From Minisyncoccota bacterium (GTDB taxonomy: Bacteria > Patescibacteriota > Minisyncoccia > JAHIHE01 > JAGLIN01): 64,000 nucleotides of DNA. The notes under the pieces were generated by a model, which worked only from the letters and a program-made list of their open reading frames with translations, ran no database searches and had not been told where the DNA came from. Shown in pieces: positions 32,463-42,832 of the stretch; position 1 is the stretch's first letter; every line of letters begins with the position of its first letter. The stretch is taken from the NCBI GenBank assembly GCA_041661265.1, contig JBAZUT010000005.1:27038-91037 (forward strand), read 5' to 3'. A program made the translations under genes and the position numbers.

Positions 32463-33128
32463 TCAGATGACAAATTTCTTCTTGAATTTACATTTAGGAT
32501 AATTAGAACAACCAAAGAATTTACCAAACCTGCCATTTATCTCTCTTAGTTTGCCGCCGCATGTCGGGCAAATATCGTTTGTCTTATTTTCTACGACTTC
32601 ATCGTCTTTATTTACCAGTTTTATCAACCTGAGCAATTCATCACCATCGACCAATTCAATCTGTTTATCTTCTGCGTATTTCTCAGCCTCTGTTGTAAAG
32701 ATGTTTGTTGTTATAAAGATTCCCTTTCCTTGCGAAAGCTTATCCATCAATGTACCAACAAATTCTCTAACATTACTAACCGATACTTTCGAAGTTATAT
32801 ATTTCTTGCACTGAATGTAATGTTTTATTCCGTTTTTCGTTACGACTACATCCACTCCTCCGTCATGAGAACCACCAACTTTTTCCGTTTGATATCCAAG
32901 TCGAAAATACATGTCTGCAATATAATTTTCAAAGTCATTAGGTCGCAATTTTCTTAATTTTCCAATTAAATCCTTATCTATGGTCCACTCGTTGACTTGA
33001 TTGATTTTTTTCTCAATCTTCTTGTTTTTTAAATAACGTGGTATCCATACTTCGACAGCTATTTTCATCAATGCAATAATAATTAGCAAAACCCATACTT
33101 GCCACAGAGAAAGAAACATTGTCAACAA
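32463..33128 (-). CDS. Mrr-like restriction endonuclease with C4 Zn-ribbon
   Basis: FE..IA, DGGVD, IQCKKY, IELVDG; CPTCG...FFGCSNYPKC; N-terminal TM. Confidence 0.88.
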   Translation of the reverse strand: MLTMFLSLWQVWVLLIIIALMKIAVEVWIPRYLKNKKIEKKINQVNEWTIDKDLIGKLRKLRPNDFENYIADMYFRLGYQTEKVGGSHDGGVDVVVTKNGIKHYIQCKKYITSKVSVSNVREFVGTLMDKLSQGKGIFITTNIFTTEAEKYAEDKQIELVDGDELLRLIKLVNKDDEVVENKTNDICPTCGGKLREINGRFGKFFGCSNYPKCKFKKKFVI

Positions 33129-33271
33129 ACTTTTAAAAAATTCCCATTGATCGAAAGCAAAATGATTTATATTGTTTTTAATTAATAATTATTAATTCCC
33201 TATTCGCCTATTCGCGCGAATTAGAGAACCGATAAGATAGCGCAAATCAAGATAATTGATATTAGAGGTAT

Positions 33272-34285
33272 TTACAAATAACTCACCTTCACGCTATTCA
33301 ATCTCTTTTCAATTTCGCTTCGATCCAAAATCCCATTCTGCGCGCCATATTCGCTGACCACGTTCCCGCTGTTCAAAATTCCGAATTTCAATGCATCTTC
33401 CAGTTTACCAGTGATCAGATATCCCCCAAGCATGGCCGCACCAAACGCATCTCCGGCGCCTGTCGCATCCACTCCCCGATTGTCCGTTCCCGGCGCAAAA
33501 ATAACCTGATCCCCTCCGCCATAAACATATGCGCCATTTTTTCCATCAGTTACGACCACAATTTTCGGACCCCATTTTTTCATGAATTTTGCCAGGACCG
33601 AAGGATCGTTCATCTGATTATAATCCAATTTAATGTTCTTATCTCCCTGGACCAGCTCTATTGCTTCATCCTTGTTCACGATTAGCATTTCGGTTATCCT
33701 GAAATATTCTTTCAGATTATCAGTTCCGCCGGCCAGCTGAGCTCCGCCCGGATTCCAGGCAAGCTTTATCTTGCCCTCAACCACGGCTTCCTTTATCTCA
33801 TCCAGGCTATTCTTCCACTGGTTCGCAAGAGAAGTGAGATATATCCATTTGCTTTTTCCGATCAGATTTTCTTTCTTCAGCTCAAGAAAGTCGCTTGCGC
33901 CCTTATAAACAAAGATAACCCGGTCGCCGCCTTTTTTATCCAACACGATCAAAGAGAATCCCGTTCTCCTTGCCTCATCGTTCTGGATCAATCCAGTGTC
34001 TATCCCAAGTTTTTTCAAATTATTGACTATCGCTTTTCCGTCATCATCGTTTCCCACTTTGCAGTTCACGGCGACTTTGAGCCCGAGCTTTTGGAAAGTG
34101 GCCGCTGTGTTGCAGGCTCCTCCTCCGAAATTGAATATCACCTCTTCGCTTTTTATCTTTGCGCCATATTCAAATCCCAGGATCACCTGCTCCGTCAGAT
34201 TCTCAGGAGTTTCAATGATCTTTCCCTTGTCGGTAATGAACGTTATGTCGCGAGTCGCCCCGCCGATCGTAATTATGTCGAACAT
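33272..34285 (-). CDS. PfkB/ribokinase-family carbohydrate kinase
   Basis: GGGACNTA, VNKDEA, DATGAGDAF. Confidence 0.93.
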   Translation of the reverse strand: MFDIITIGGATRDITFITDKGKIIETPENLTEQVILGFEYGAKIKSEEVIFNFGGGACNTAATFQKLGLKVAVNCKVGNDDDGKAIVNNLKKLGIDTGLIQNDEARRTGFSLIVLDKKGGDRVIFVYKGASDFLELKKENLIGKSKWIYLTSLANQWKNSLDEIKEAVVEGKIKLAWNPGGAQLAGGTDNLKEYFRITEMLIVNKDEAIELVQGDKNIKLDYNQMNDPSVLAKFMKKWGPKIVVVTDGKNGAYVYGGGDQVIFAPGTDNRGVDATGAGDAFGAAMLGGYLITGKLEDALKFGILNSGNVVSEYGAQNGILDRSEIEKRLNSVKVSYL

Positions 34286-34287
34286 AA

Positions 34288-34366
34288 TTTTAGTATTTAG
34301 TATTTAGTATTTAGTATTTAGCTGGATGCCAAATACCACATACCACATGCCATATACCTCATGCCA
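34288..34366. repeat. Heptamer-repeat imperfect palindrome (gpmI-pfkB)
   Basis: (TTTAGTA)x4+ then AAATACC ACATACC ACATGCC ATATACC TCATGCC. Confidence 0.88.
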
Positions 34367-34433
34367 GTTCATTTCGATCATTGATACATTAAAACACTTG
34401 GCATACCATAAACAGTTTACTGTATAACAACAC

Positions 34434-36005
34434 TTAGGCTTTGCATCTTATCTTTTTTTCTATCAAGCTTCCAAGAACCATATCCTTGGGCTTTTCCGTG
34501 CCCAAAACATCAAGAAGCGTCGGCGCAACATTTCCAAGAACCCCGTTGTCATGCAATTTCAGGCTTTCCCTCTTCAGTCCCTTTTTTGCGATAATGAACG
34601 GAACGGGATTTTTGCTGTGCATGGTCATTATCTCTCCCGTTTTCAGATCAACCATTTCATCGGCATTGCCGTGATCCGCAGTCACTATCACCATTCCTCC
34701 GCCCTCCACGGCTTTTTCGATCACCATTGCCATGCACTTATCCAGAAATTCAACCGCGGAAATGGTCGCCTTCATGTTTCCCGTATGCCCTACCATATCG
34801 GCATTGGCATAATTAACAGCAATAAAATCATATACGCTGTATTCGATATTCGAGACAAGAACTTTCGTGATGTCCATTGCGGACATTTCCGGCTTCTGGT
34901 CATAGGAAAAAACGTTCGGAGACATGATCTGCTCCCTATCCTCTCCGCCAACCGGATCCTTATGTCCGCCATTTATAAAATATGTTATATGAGGATATTT
35001 CTCGGCTTCAGCTATATAGAGCTGTTTTTTCTCTCTCAAAACATGGGGTATGGTATTCTCCACCGATTGGGAATAATAAGCGACCTGCACAGGAAGGTCC
35101 GGACCGAAATCCGTCAGTGTACACGCAAATATATCTTTTAACTTATGAGATCTGTTCTCATAACCGATAACTTTATTCGTCACAAATAATTTCGTGAATT
35201 GCCTCGCCCTGTCCCCCCGGATATTGAAATGAATGATCGCATCATTGCTTTTTATTTTCGCAATAGGTTTGTTCTTGCTGTCTACTATTACCGTCGGAAT
35301 GATAAATTCATCCGTAAGGCCCTGTGAATAGGAATATTTTATGGCCTCTTCGGGAGATTTGCTTTTCCATCCCTCCCCCATGACCATGGCATCATAAGCT
35401 TTCTGAAGCCGCTCCCAATGTTTGACGCGGTCCATGCCATAATATCTTCCGCCTATCGTGGCGATCTTTCCTATTCCTATCTCTTCTATTTTTTCGTTCA
35501 GATCCTGCAGAAAGATCAGCGCTCTTTTCATAAAAGTATCCCTTCCGTCAGTGAAAAGATGCAGATAAACCTGCTTCACCTTCTTCGTTTTCGCCAGCCT
35601 CAAAAGAGCGTAAAGATGGTCCGGATCGCTATGAGGACTGTCTATTTCGGAAAGAAGTCCGATGAAATGAAGATTTGTTTTCTCGACTATTGCATGATTC
35701 ATAGTTCGAAGTATTCTCGGATTTTTGAAGAATTTACCCGACTCGATGTCTTCCCTGATTATCTGCGAATCCTGTTTGACGATCCTTCCCGCGCCGATGT
35801 TTATATGTCCCGCTTCGCTCCCACTCCTTTCATTCTCGGAGAGTCCCACTGCAAGACCGGTGGCATTCAGGGTCGTATAGGGATACTTTCGGACCAAGCT
35901 GTCAAAAAAAGGTTTTTTGGCAAGTTCAATCGCATTAGCCCTGCTTTTTGGCGCAACACCCCATCCATCAAGGATTATAAGAATATTTGTCGGTTTTTTT
36001 GGCAT
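34434..36005 (-). CDS. gpmI: 2,3-BPG-independent phosphoglycerate mutase
   Basis: ILDGWG, SEAGH, DGRD, GRYYGMDR, DMVGHTG, TADHGNAD. Confidence 0.96.
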   Translation of the reverse strand: MPKKPTNILIILDGWGVAPKSRANAIELAKKPFFDSLVRKYPYTTLNATGLAVGLSENERSGSEAGHINIGAGRIVKQDSQIIREDIESGKFFKNPRILRTMNHAIVEKTNLHFIGLLSEIDSPHSDPDHLYALLRLAKTKKVKQVYLHLFTDGRDTFMKRALIFLQDLNEKIEEIGIGKIATIGGRYYGMDRVKHWERLQKAYDAMVMGEGWKSKSPEEAIKYSYSQGLTDEFIIPTVIVDSKNKPIAKIKSNDAIIHFNIRGDRARQFTKLFVTNKVIGYENRSHKLKDIFACTLTDFGPDLPVQVAYYSQSVENTIPHVLREKKQLYIAEAEKYPHITYFINGGHKDPVGGEDREQIMSPNVFSYDQKPEMSAMDITKVLVSNIEYSVYDFIAVNYANADMVGHTGNMKATISAVEFLDKCMAMVIEKAVEGGGMVIVTADHGNADEMVDLKTGEIMTMHSKNPVPFIIAKKGLKRESLKLHDNGVLGNVAPTLLDVLGTEKPKDMVLGSLIEKKIRCKA

Positions 36006-36015
36006 AAATAGTTTG

Positions 36016-36196
36016 TGAATTTCTAATTTTTAATTTCTAATTTATATTGAATTTCTAATTTTACAATTTCTCAATGTTTAAAACTTTTAGTCATCTTCCT
36101 ATAGTCCATGCACTTATTATTTTCAATATTTTATTCAGAATTGATAATTCAGTCATTGAAAATTCAATGAAAATTGTAAATTGATAATTGAAAATT
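36016..36196. repeat. Heptamer-repeat imperfect palindrome (eno-gpmI)
   Basis: TTTCTAA TTTTTAA TTTCTAA... and TTGTAAA TTGATAA TTGAAAA. Confidence 0.82.
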
Positions 36197-37469
36197 ATGC
36201 TCCGATCTCTTCTTCTATCTTCATCAGCCTGTTGTATTTTGCAAGCCTCTCTCCCCGGGAAAGCGATCCGGCCTTCAGGAAATCCGCGCCCGTCGCAACT
36301 GCCAGGTCGGCGATGAAATGATCGCATGTTTCTCCCGATCTGTGCGAAACGATGACCTTCCAGCCTTCTTTTTTTGCAAACTTGATGCAATCGATCGTTT
36401 CCGTGAGAGTTCCTATCTGATTGAATTTTATTATTATCGCGTTTGCGCACTTGTTCTTATCCGCCTTTTTTCCCCTTTTTATATTCGTTACCGTGAGATC
36501 ATCCCCGACGATCATAATCTTTTTGTTGAATTGGTCTATCCTCTCCTTCATCCGCGCCCAGCCCTCCCAGTCATTCTCATTCAGACCATCTTCGATCGAA
36601 ATAAGCGGATATTTTTTCAGCCACTCAAGATACAGAGCGGTAAGCCTGTCGCGGTCCAAGGAAATATTCTCAGGCCTGAGCCTGTATTGGTTGTTCCCTG
36701 CTTCATAGAAGGAGCTGGATGCCGCGTCTATTCCGATAAAAATCTCTTCGCCCGGCTTGTATTTGGCGTCTTCGATCGCCTTTATGATCAACTCGAATGA
36801 TTTTGTCGTACTGTCCAACTTTGGAGAAAAACCGCCTTCGTCTCCGACTCCGGTTGATTGTCCAAGTCCTGACAGTATTTTCTTCAGCGCCTGAAAGATC
36901 TCGCTTCCGGCCCGGATCCTTTCCGGAGAACCTTTTATCCCCACGGGAAGTATCATGAATTCCTGGATCGAAAGTCCGCTATCGGCATGCTTTCCGCCAT
37001 TTATTATATTGAACATAGGGACCGGTATCCTGAAATCTTCTTCTTCAAGACCATAGGCGGATGCTATATATCTATACAGACGCTTATTTCTTGCCCTTGC
37101 TCCCGCTCTCGCACAAGCAAGAGACACTCCCAAAATGGCATTCGCACCCAGATTCGATTTATTCTCTGTTCCATCCAGATCGATCATCATCTTATCTATC
37201 TTCTTCTGGTTGGTTACGACTTGTCCCTTCAGCTTTGCCGCGATCCTGACATTAACATTCTCACAAGCTTTCAAAACACCCTTCCCGCCATATCTGGCGT
37301 TGTCCTGGTCCCGCAATTCCAATGCCTCAAATTCGCCCGTAGAAGCGCCGGATGGAACCGCCGCTATTCCCCTGACCTTGCTTTCAAGAACAACCTCAAC
37401 CTCCACTGTCGGATTTCCCCTCGAATCCAAAATTTCTCTCGCCTGGATCTTTTTGATCTTATTCGACAT
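36195..37469 (-). CDS. eno: Enolase
   Basis: DSRGNPTVE, PSGASTG, GDEGG, SHRSGET. Confidence 0.98.
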   Translation of the reverse strand: MSNKIKKIQAREILDSRGNPTVEVEVVLESKVRGIAAVPSGASTGEFEALELRDQDNARYGGKGVLKACENVNVRIAAKLKGQVVTNQKKIDKMMIDLDGTENKSNLGANAILGVSLACARAGARARNKRLYRYIASAYGLEEEDFRIPVPMFNIINGGKHADSGLSIQEFMILPVGIKGSPERIRAGSEIFQALKKILSGLGQSTGVGDEGGFSPKLDSTTKSFELIIKAIEDAKYKPGEEIFIGIDAASSSFYEAGNNQYRLRPENISLDRDRLTALYLEWLKKYPLISIEDGLNENDWEGWARMKERIDQFNKKIMIVGDDLTVTNIKRGKKADKNKCANAIIIKFNQIGTLTETIDCIKFAKKEGWKVIVSHRSGETCDHFIADLAVATGADFLKAGSLSRGERLAKYNRLMKIEEEIGA

Positions 37470-37490
37470 ATTAGTATGCGTTTAATTTGA

Positions 37491-38051
37491 TTAATTGCTT
37501 GATACTTTCTGAAAAGCAGATCCCTCCACCTTGAATTCATTTGAATAAAAATCAATGGCGCCGATGCAATTTTCAGGTTCCTGGCATCCATGATACACCT
37601 TCACCACGAATCTATAAACACCTTCTCCCTCCTTCTCGGGAAGAGACAAGGCGCATTTTGTAGTTTTCTTGCTGAGATTAAAACCGGATCTGTCATATCC
37701 GACATTCTCATGCCTGATCCCAAGATTGACCCACTTGCCATTGATATATTTTTCAAAATTATCGAGGTATTCGCAAGGCTGTGAATATATCGACCGGTCG
37801 GTATAGTTTTCTATGGCAAGAATTATCCTGTCTCCCATCTGATAGACGCTCTTGTCGGTCTTCACGAATATCCTGTCAACATTCTCGACAAGATAGGCAT
37901 TGTCCGTCATTCTATCTATTCTTTCATATTGTACGTAAAAAGCGGCGATAAAAACGGGAAGTATGGCCATGATAAAGAAATAGAACAGTATCTCGGCATC
38001 AAACCTTAGCCCTTTCTTGCTGTTTTTTGTTTGTTTTTTTACTTTTCTCAT
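37491..38051 (-). CDS. Membrane-anchored Ig-like hypothetical protein
   Basis: TM then TDKSVYQMGDRI..GVYRF..YSNEF. Confidence 0.7.
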   Translation of the reverse strand: MRKVKKQTKNSKKGLRFDAEILFYFFIMAILPVFIAAFYVQYERIDRMTDNAYLVENVDRIFVKTDKSVYQMGDRIILAIENYTDRSIYSQPCEYLDNFEKYINGKWVNLGIRHENVGYDRSGFNLSKKTTKCALSLPEKEGEGVYRFVVKVYHGCQEPENCIGAIDFYSNEFKVEGSAFQKVSSN

Positions 38052-38081
38052 ATTTTTTGGCTAATAATTAAATTTTATCGA

Positions 38082-39668
38082 TCAATCCAAAATACTGATA
38101 TCTATTGCACCGATGCTTTCTTCGATCGGAAATTCTTTGGAATTCCTCATCCTTTTATACCCATAAACCTCGACATTTTTTCCGTCATATTCAACAAGGC
38201 TCTGCGGCATTGCTCCGTCTTTTATAAACCCGGAAACAACGGCATAGGCGCCCCCGTCCTGCAGATCAAGCACGACATGATAGAACTCATCCGTCTTTTC
38301 AGCTTTTAAAACGCCCTTTATCCTGGTAACCGCCTCCATTGAATATCCCGTTTCGAAAACTATTACGATCTTTTCATTGTTCCATGGATTCTTTGAATAC
38401 TTGAAAGTTCCCGTTATGTCATTTTTTTCAATATCCACCAGATCCGCAATATCAACGACCGGAATCTTTCTGTTCAATTCGGCAATGATGCTGTTCGTGT
38501 CCGGACTTCCGCTCAATACCAAATTATTCTGCGACAGATCTTCGGATGTGACTTCTCCGGCTTTTTTCACCTTTACATTTTCCGGAGGTTGAACCTGCGA
38601 GATAATGGCACGCTCTTCGCCTCCAACCATATCGCTCGTGATCATGATAATGTTCTTGTCACTATCAAGAACTTTCAATTTTTCAAAAAATACATCTACC
38701 GTTTCTCCGGGCGTGACAACTCTCTGTTTTTCATATTTTCTTTGGCTGATATTCCCGAGAGAATCTATTTTATATATACATATCGATCCTCCGATCATTT
38801 CACAGCTTCCATCCTCAATGTTTTCAAGCCTCGCAGAAAGTTCGAAACCGAACCCGCTTGAACCGTAGCCGTAATAATATTCGGGCTGATTCGGATCCGA
38901 TAAAAATTCTTCTTTCGTATATTTCAGCAAATCCAAATAAACATCTGAATTTTTGTCATTCAGTCTGATCAAACCATTGCTTTCGGGAAATTTCCGGCCA
39001 TTTTCCGGGGAATATGCCCCTAGCGCCTTCTTGATCTCAGACAGATCATCCTTTCTCTCTCTGTCATTTTCTTTTTGGACTTCGCTACGTATGAAATCAT
39101 CATAAAAATCATCAGCGATCTCAAATTCAACGGAATATGAGTTTTTCATGCCGGGATCCGTTTCGCTCCTGATATCATTCTTATTTATGATCTCATCGGA
39201 ATAATAGAACACGATCCTATACTTTCCCGGTCCGGCATAACGGCCCTCGGCACCTTCCGAATACAATTTCTGATCCCACACGCCATTAACACTTTCATTG
39301 AAACCCAAGTTCTTTATTTCAATAAAATCATAATCTTCTTTCACGATCTCGCATTTGGGATGTTTATAAACGGCACTCCAAGACCCTTCTTCTTCAAAAA
39401 AAAGATCCCACTGAAGATCATTTTTACATTTTCCCGGAGGAACAATATACCAGACAGGCCTCGTTCCCTTGTTCGTTACGATAAATTTCACCTGTTCGCC
39501 CCGAACATATACACCTTTCTCAGCTGTAATTTCCACCGCATATGCCGGCTTTTCGTCTTTCGAAAAATAATACTTTTGAAAATAAAAAACTCCCGCTGAC
39601 GCGAAGACCATGAGGATCAAAAAAATGACAAGTTTTATTTTATTTCCGCCTGCAGAAGGGATTATCAT
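38082..39668 (-). CDS. Multidomain exported protein (Ig-like + pilin/GspG-like + S-layer-like)
   Basis: TAEKGVYVRGE; DRERKDDLSEIKKAL..FP..DP..YYYGY..LSARLEN; NLVLSGSPDTNSII. Confidence 0.7.
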   Translation of the reverse strand: MIIPSAGGNKIKLVIFLILMVFASAGVFYFQKYYFSKDEKPAYAVEITAEKGVYVRGEQVKFIVTNKGTRPVWYIVPPGKCKNDLQWDLFFEEEGSWSAVYKHPKCEIVKEDYDFIEIKNLGFNESVNGVWDQKLYSEGAEGRYAGPGKYRIVFYYSDEIINKNDIRSETDPGMKNSYSVEFEIADDFYDDFIRSEVQKENDRERKDDLSEIKKALGAYSPENGRKFPESNGLIRLNDKNSDVYLDLLKYTKEEFLSDPNQPEYYYGYGSSGFGFELSARLENIEDGSCEMIGGSICIYKIDSLGNISQRKYEKQRVVTPGETVDVFFEKLKVLDSDKNIIMITSDMVGGEERAIISQVQPPENVKVKKAGEVTSEDLSQNNLVLSGSPDTNSIIAELNRKIPVVDIADLVDIEKNDITGTFKYSKNPWNNEKIVIVFETGYSMEAVTRIKGVLKAEKTDEFYHVVLDLQDGGAYAVVSGFIKDGAMPQSLVEYDGKNVEVYGYKRMRNSKEFPIEESIGAIDISILD

Positions 39669-39708
39669 GCTTCGTGAAAATTATTAATGGATCAAAGCAA
39701 AAAAGTCG

Positions 39709-40275
39709 CTAATTAGCGGAAGATTTGCTTATTTTATATATACAGAATCCGTCGTCAGAGATCTTGCATTCAGGGTCCTTGATATTCTCAAGCCTCGCCG
39801 TAATTTCATAACTTTTTCCGTCCGATCTGTAGAGATAAAAGAACTCCGGATCTTTCGAATCTTTCAAATTGCTCGAGTTGACATATTTTATAAGGTCCTG
39901 ATATGCAGCGGAATTTTCATCATTCAGTTTTGTTCCGCCAAGACTGACCGGATAACTGCCATTTTGCAAAAAAAACATTTCGAGCGCATTCCCTATTTGC
40001 GCGATATTTGATTTTCTCATCACGTCATCCGCCCTATAGGGCTGATTTAAATATGTGTCCTTTATGAAATTATTCTCTTCCTTTATGGGCGTTTCCGTCT
40101 TTCTAGCCGAAAACAGCTTGCTATATTCGGAATAGATTATATCCTTGCCGGCGAACAGTATCACCGCCAAAATTATCAATATTATTGTCATTACCGGCGC
40201 TTTTTTGCTTCCACCTACCGGCATATTTCCCCCTACCCCTCCATCCATATCATTTGTAGATTTTATCTCTTCCAT
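39709..40275 (-). CDS. Membrane-anchored pilin/GspG-like domain protein
   Basis: DVMRKSNIAQIGNALEMF..GSYP..DP..YLY..YEITARLEN. Confidence 0.7.
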   Translation of the reverse strand: MEEIKSTNDMDGGVGGNMPVGGSKKAPVMTIILIILAVILFAGKDIIYSEYSKLFSARKTETPIKEENNFIKDTYLNQPYRADDVMRKSNIAQIGNALEMFFLQNGSYPVSLGGTKLNDENSAAYQDLIKYVNSSNLKDSKDPEFFYLYRSDGKSYEITARLENIKDPECKISDDGFCIYKISKSSAN

Positions 40276-40293
40276 GATCCATATCGTTAATAT

Positions 40294-41454
40294 TTAATTA
40301 AGAGCTTCAATCCCCGGAAGTTTTTCCCCGGACATGAATTCCAGCATCGCACCTCCTCCGGTTGAAACATAACTTGCCTTTTCGAGATATCCGAATTTAT
40401 CCAGCGCTGTTATCGTATCCCCTCCTCCTATGATCGAATATCCTTTTGAACTTGTGATGGCCTTTGCGATCTCTTTCGTGCCTTGCGAAAAAGCATCTTT
40501 CTCGAAAAGCCCCATCGGGCCGTTCCAGATTATCATTTTGGATTCTGATATTATTTTTGCATAGAGCTCCGCCGTGTCGGGACCGATATCCAATATCCTC
40601 TCGTCACCGATCTTTCCGATGGCGGAAAGCGCCGCTGTCTTCACTTCGGAGTTGCAGATAATGACGTCTACCGGAATATGGAGCTTGGTGTTATCGAGAT
40701 CTATTTTTTTGGCCTCTTCGGGATCCATGTCTCCGAGCAGGGATTTCCCGGTATCGATGCCTTTCGCCTTCAGGATGACATTGGCCACAACCCCTCCGAC
40801 AAGGATATTATCGAATTTATCCATCAAAAATTTAATTACGGGAAGTTTCGTTTCCGCCTTTGCTCCTCCGATCACGATCGTCGCGGGTTTTTTGGGATTG
40901 TTTATCGCATCGGTCAAAATATCCACCTCTTTTTCCATCAGAAGTCCCGCATAAGAAGGCAAATATTTCGTGATCCCGTGAACAGAAGCATGCGCACGAT
41001 GCGAAGCGGAAAATGCGTCGTTCACATAGACATCTCCAAGGCTCGCCAATTCCTTCGCAAAAGCTTCGCCATTTTCCTCCTCTTCCTTATGGAATCTAAG
41101 ATTTTCAAGGAGTACGATCTCTCCCATTTTCATTTCAGCTATGGTCTCTTTCACAACATCCCCGATACAATCCGGAGTCTTTGTGATGGAAAGCCCCAAA
41201 AGCTCCGAAAGACGGTCCTGAACCGGACCAAGCCTGAACTCCTCGACAACTTTCCCGTCCGGCCTCCCAAGATGCGAAAGAAGGATTATTTTTGCGCCCT
41301 TTTTGACAAGATATTCGATCGTGGGAAGGGTCGCCCTAATCCTCCAGTCCTCGCCCTTGTCTACGACCCCGTCTTTTCCGATCGGCACATTGAAATCTAC
41401 CCGGAGAATCACTTTTTTATCTTTCAGTTTTTTGATTTCTTTTAGGGACTTCAT
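40294..41454 (-). CDS. pgk: Phosphoglycerate kinase
   Basis: RVDFNVP, SHLGRP, LLENLRF, WNGPMG, STGGGA. Confidence 0.98.
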   Translation of the reverse strand: MKSLKEIKKLKDKKVILRVDFNVPIGKDGVVDKGEDWRIRATLPTIEYLVKKGAKIILLSHLGRPDGKVVEEFRLGPVQDRLSELLGLSITKTPDCIGDVVKETIAEMKMGEIVLLENLRFHKEEEENGEAFAKELASLGDVYVNDAFSASHRAHASVHGITKYLPSYAGLLMEKEVDILTDAINNPKKPATIVIGGAKAETKLPVIKFLMDKFDNILVGGVVANVILKAKGIDTGKSLLGDMDPEEAKKIDLDNTKLHIPVDVIICNSEVKTAALSAIGKIGDERILDIGPDTAELYAKIISESKMIIWNGPMGLFEKDAFSQGTKEIAKAITSSKGYSIIGGGDTITALDKFGYLEKASYVSTGGGAMLEFMSGEKLPGIEALN

Positions 41455-41470
41455 TGTTTTATATTAGGAT

Positions 41471-41498
41471 TTGACAATACATATTTTGTAACTATAAT
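41471..41498 (+). promoter_or_regulatory. Consensus sigma70 promoter for 41521..41736
   Basis: TTGACA-16-TATAAT then GGGAGG SD. Confidence 0.7.
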
Positions 41499-41520
41499 AT
41501 CTGCATGGGAGGAAAACACT

Positions 41521-41736
41521 TTGAGTAACACAACCTACGCACTGAAAATAATTGAATATAAGCTGGTTCCGATGATCATCACATGGGCCGCCGCATTGGC
41601 ACTGCTCGTTTACACGAATTCGATCATCATCCGAGAAAACTTTTGGGATGCGACAACTACAGTAGGAGGATTAATAATAATCATAGTTGCGGCATATATA
41701 ACAATGAAAATATTGGATCATGTGGTCAAAGAATAA
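41521..41736 (+). CDS. Small two-TM protein, antisense between gap and pgk
   Basis: TTG start with SD, two hydrophobic helices. Confidence 0.7.
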   Translation: MSNTTYALKIIEYKLVPMIITWAAALALLVYTNSIIIRENFWDATTTVGGLIIIIVAAYITMKILDHVVKE

Positions 41737-41744
41737 TCAACTTT

Positions 41745-41768
41745 AAGCGATAAAATCGCTTTTTTTTA
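41745..41768 (+). terminator. Intrinsic terminator
   Basis: AAGCGAT aaa ATCGCTT + T-run. Confidence 0.7.
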
Positions 41769-41779
41769 TTTGAAGAAAA

Positions 41780-42811
<1,032 letters not shown>

Positions 42812-42832
42812 TTAACTTAGTTCTTGATTTTT

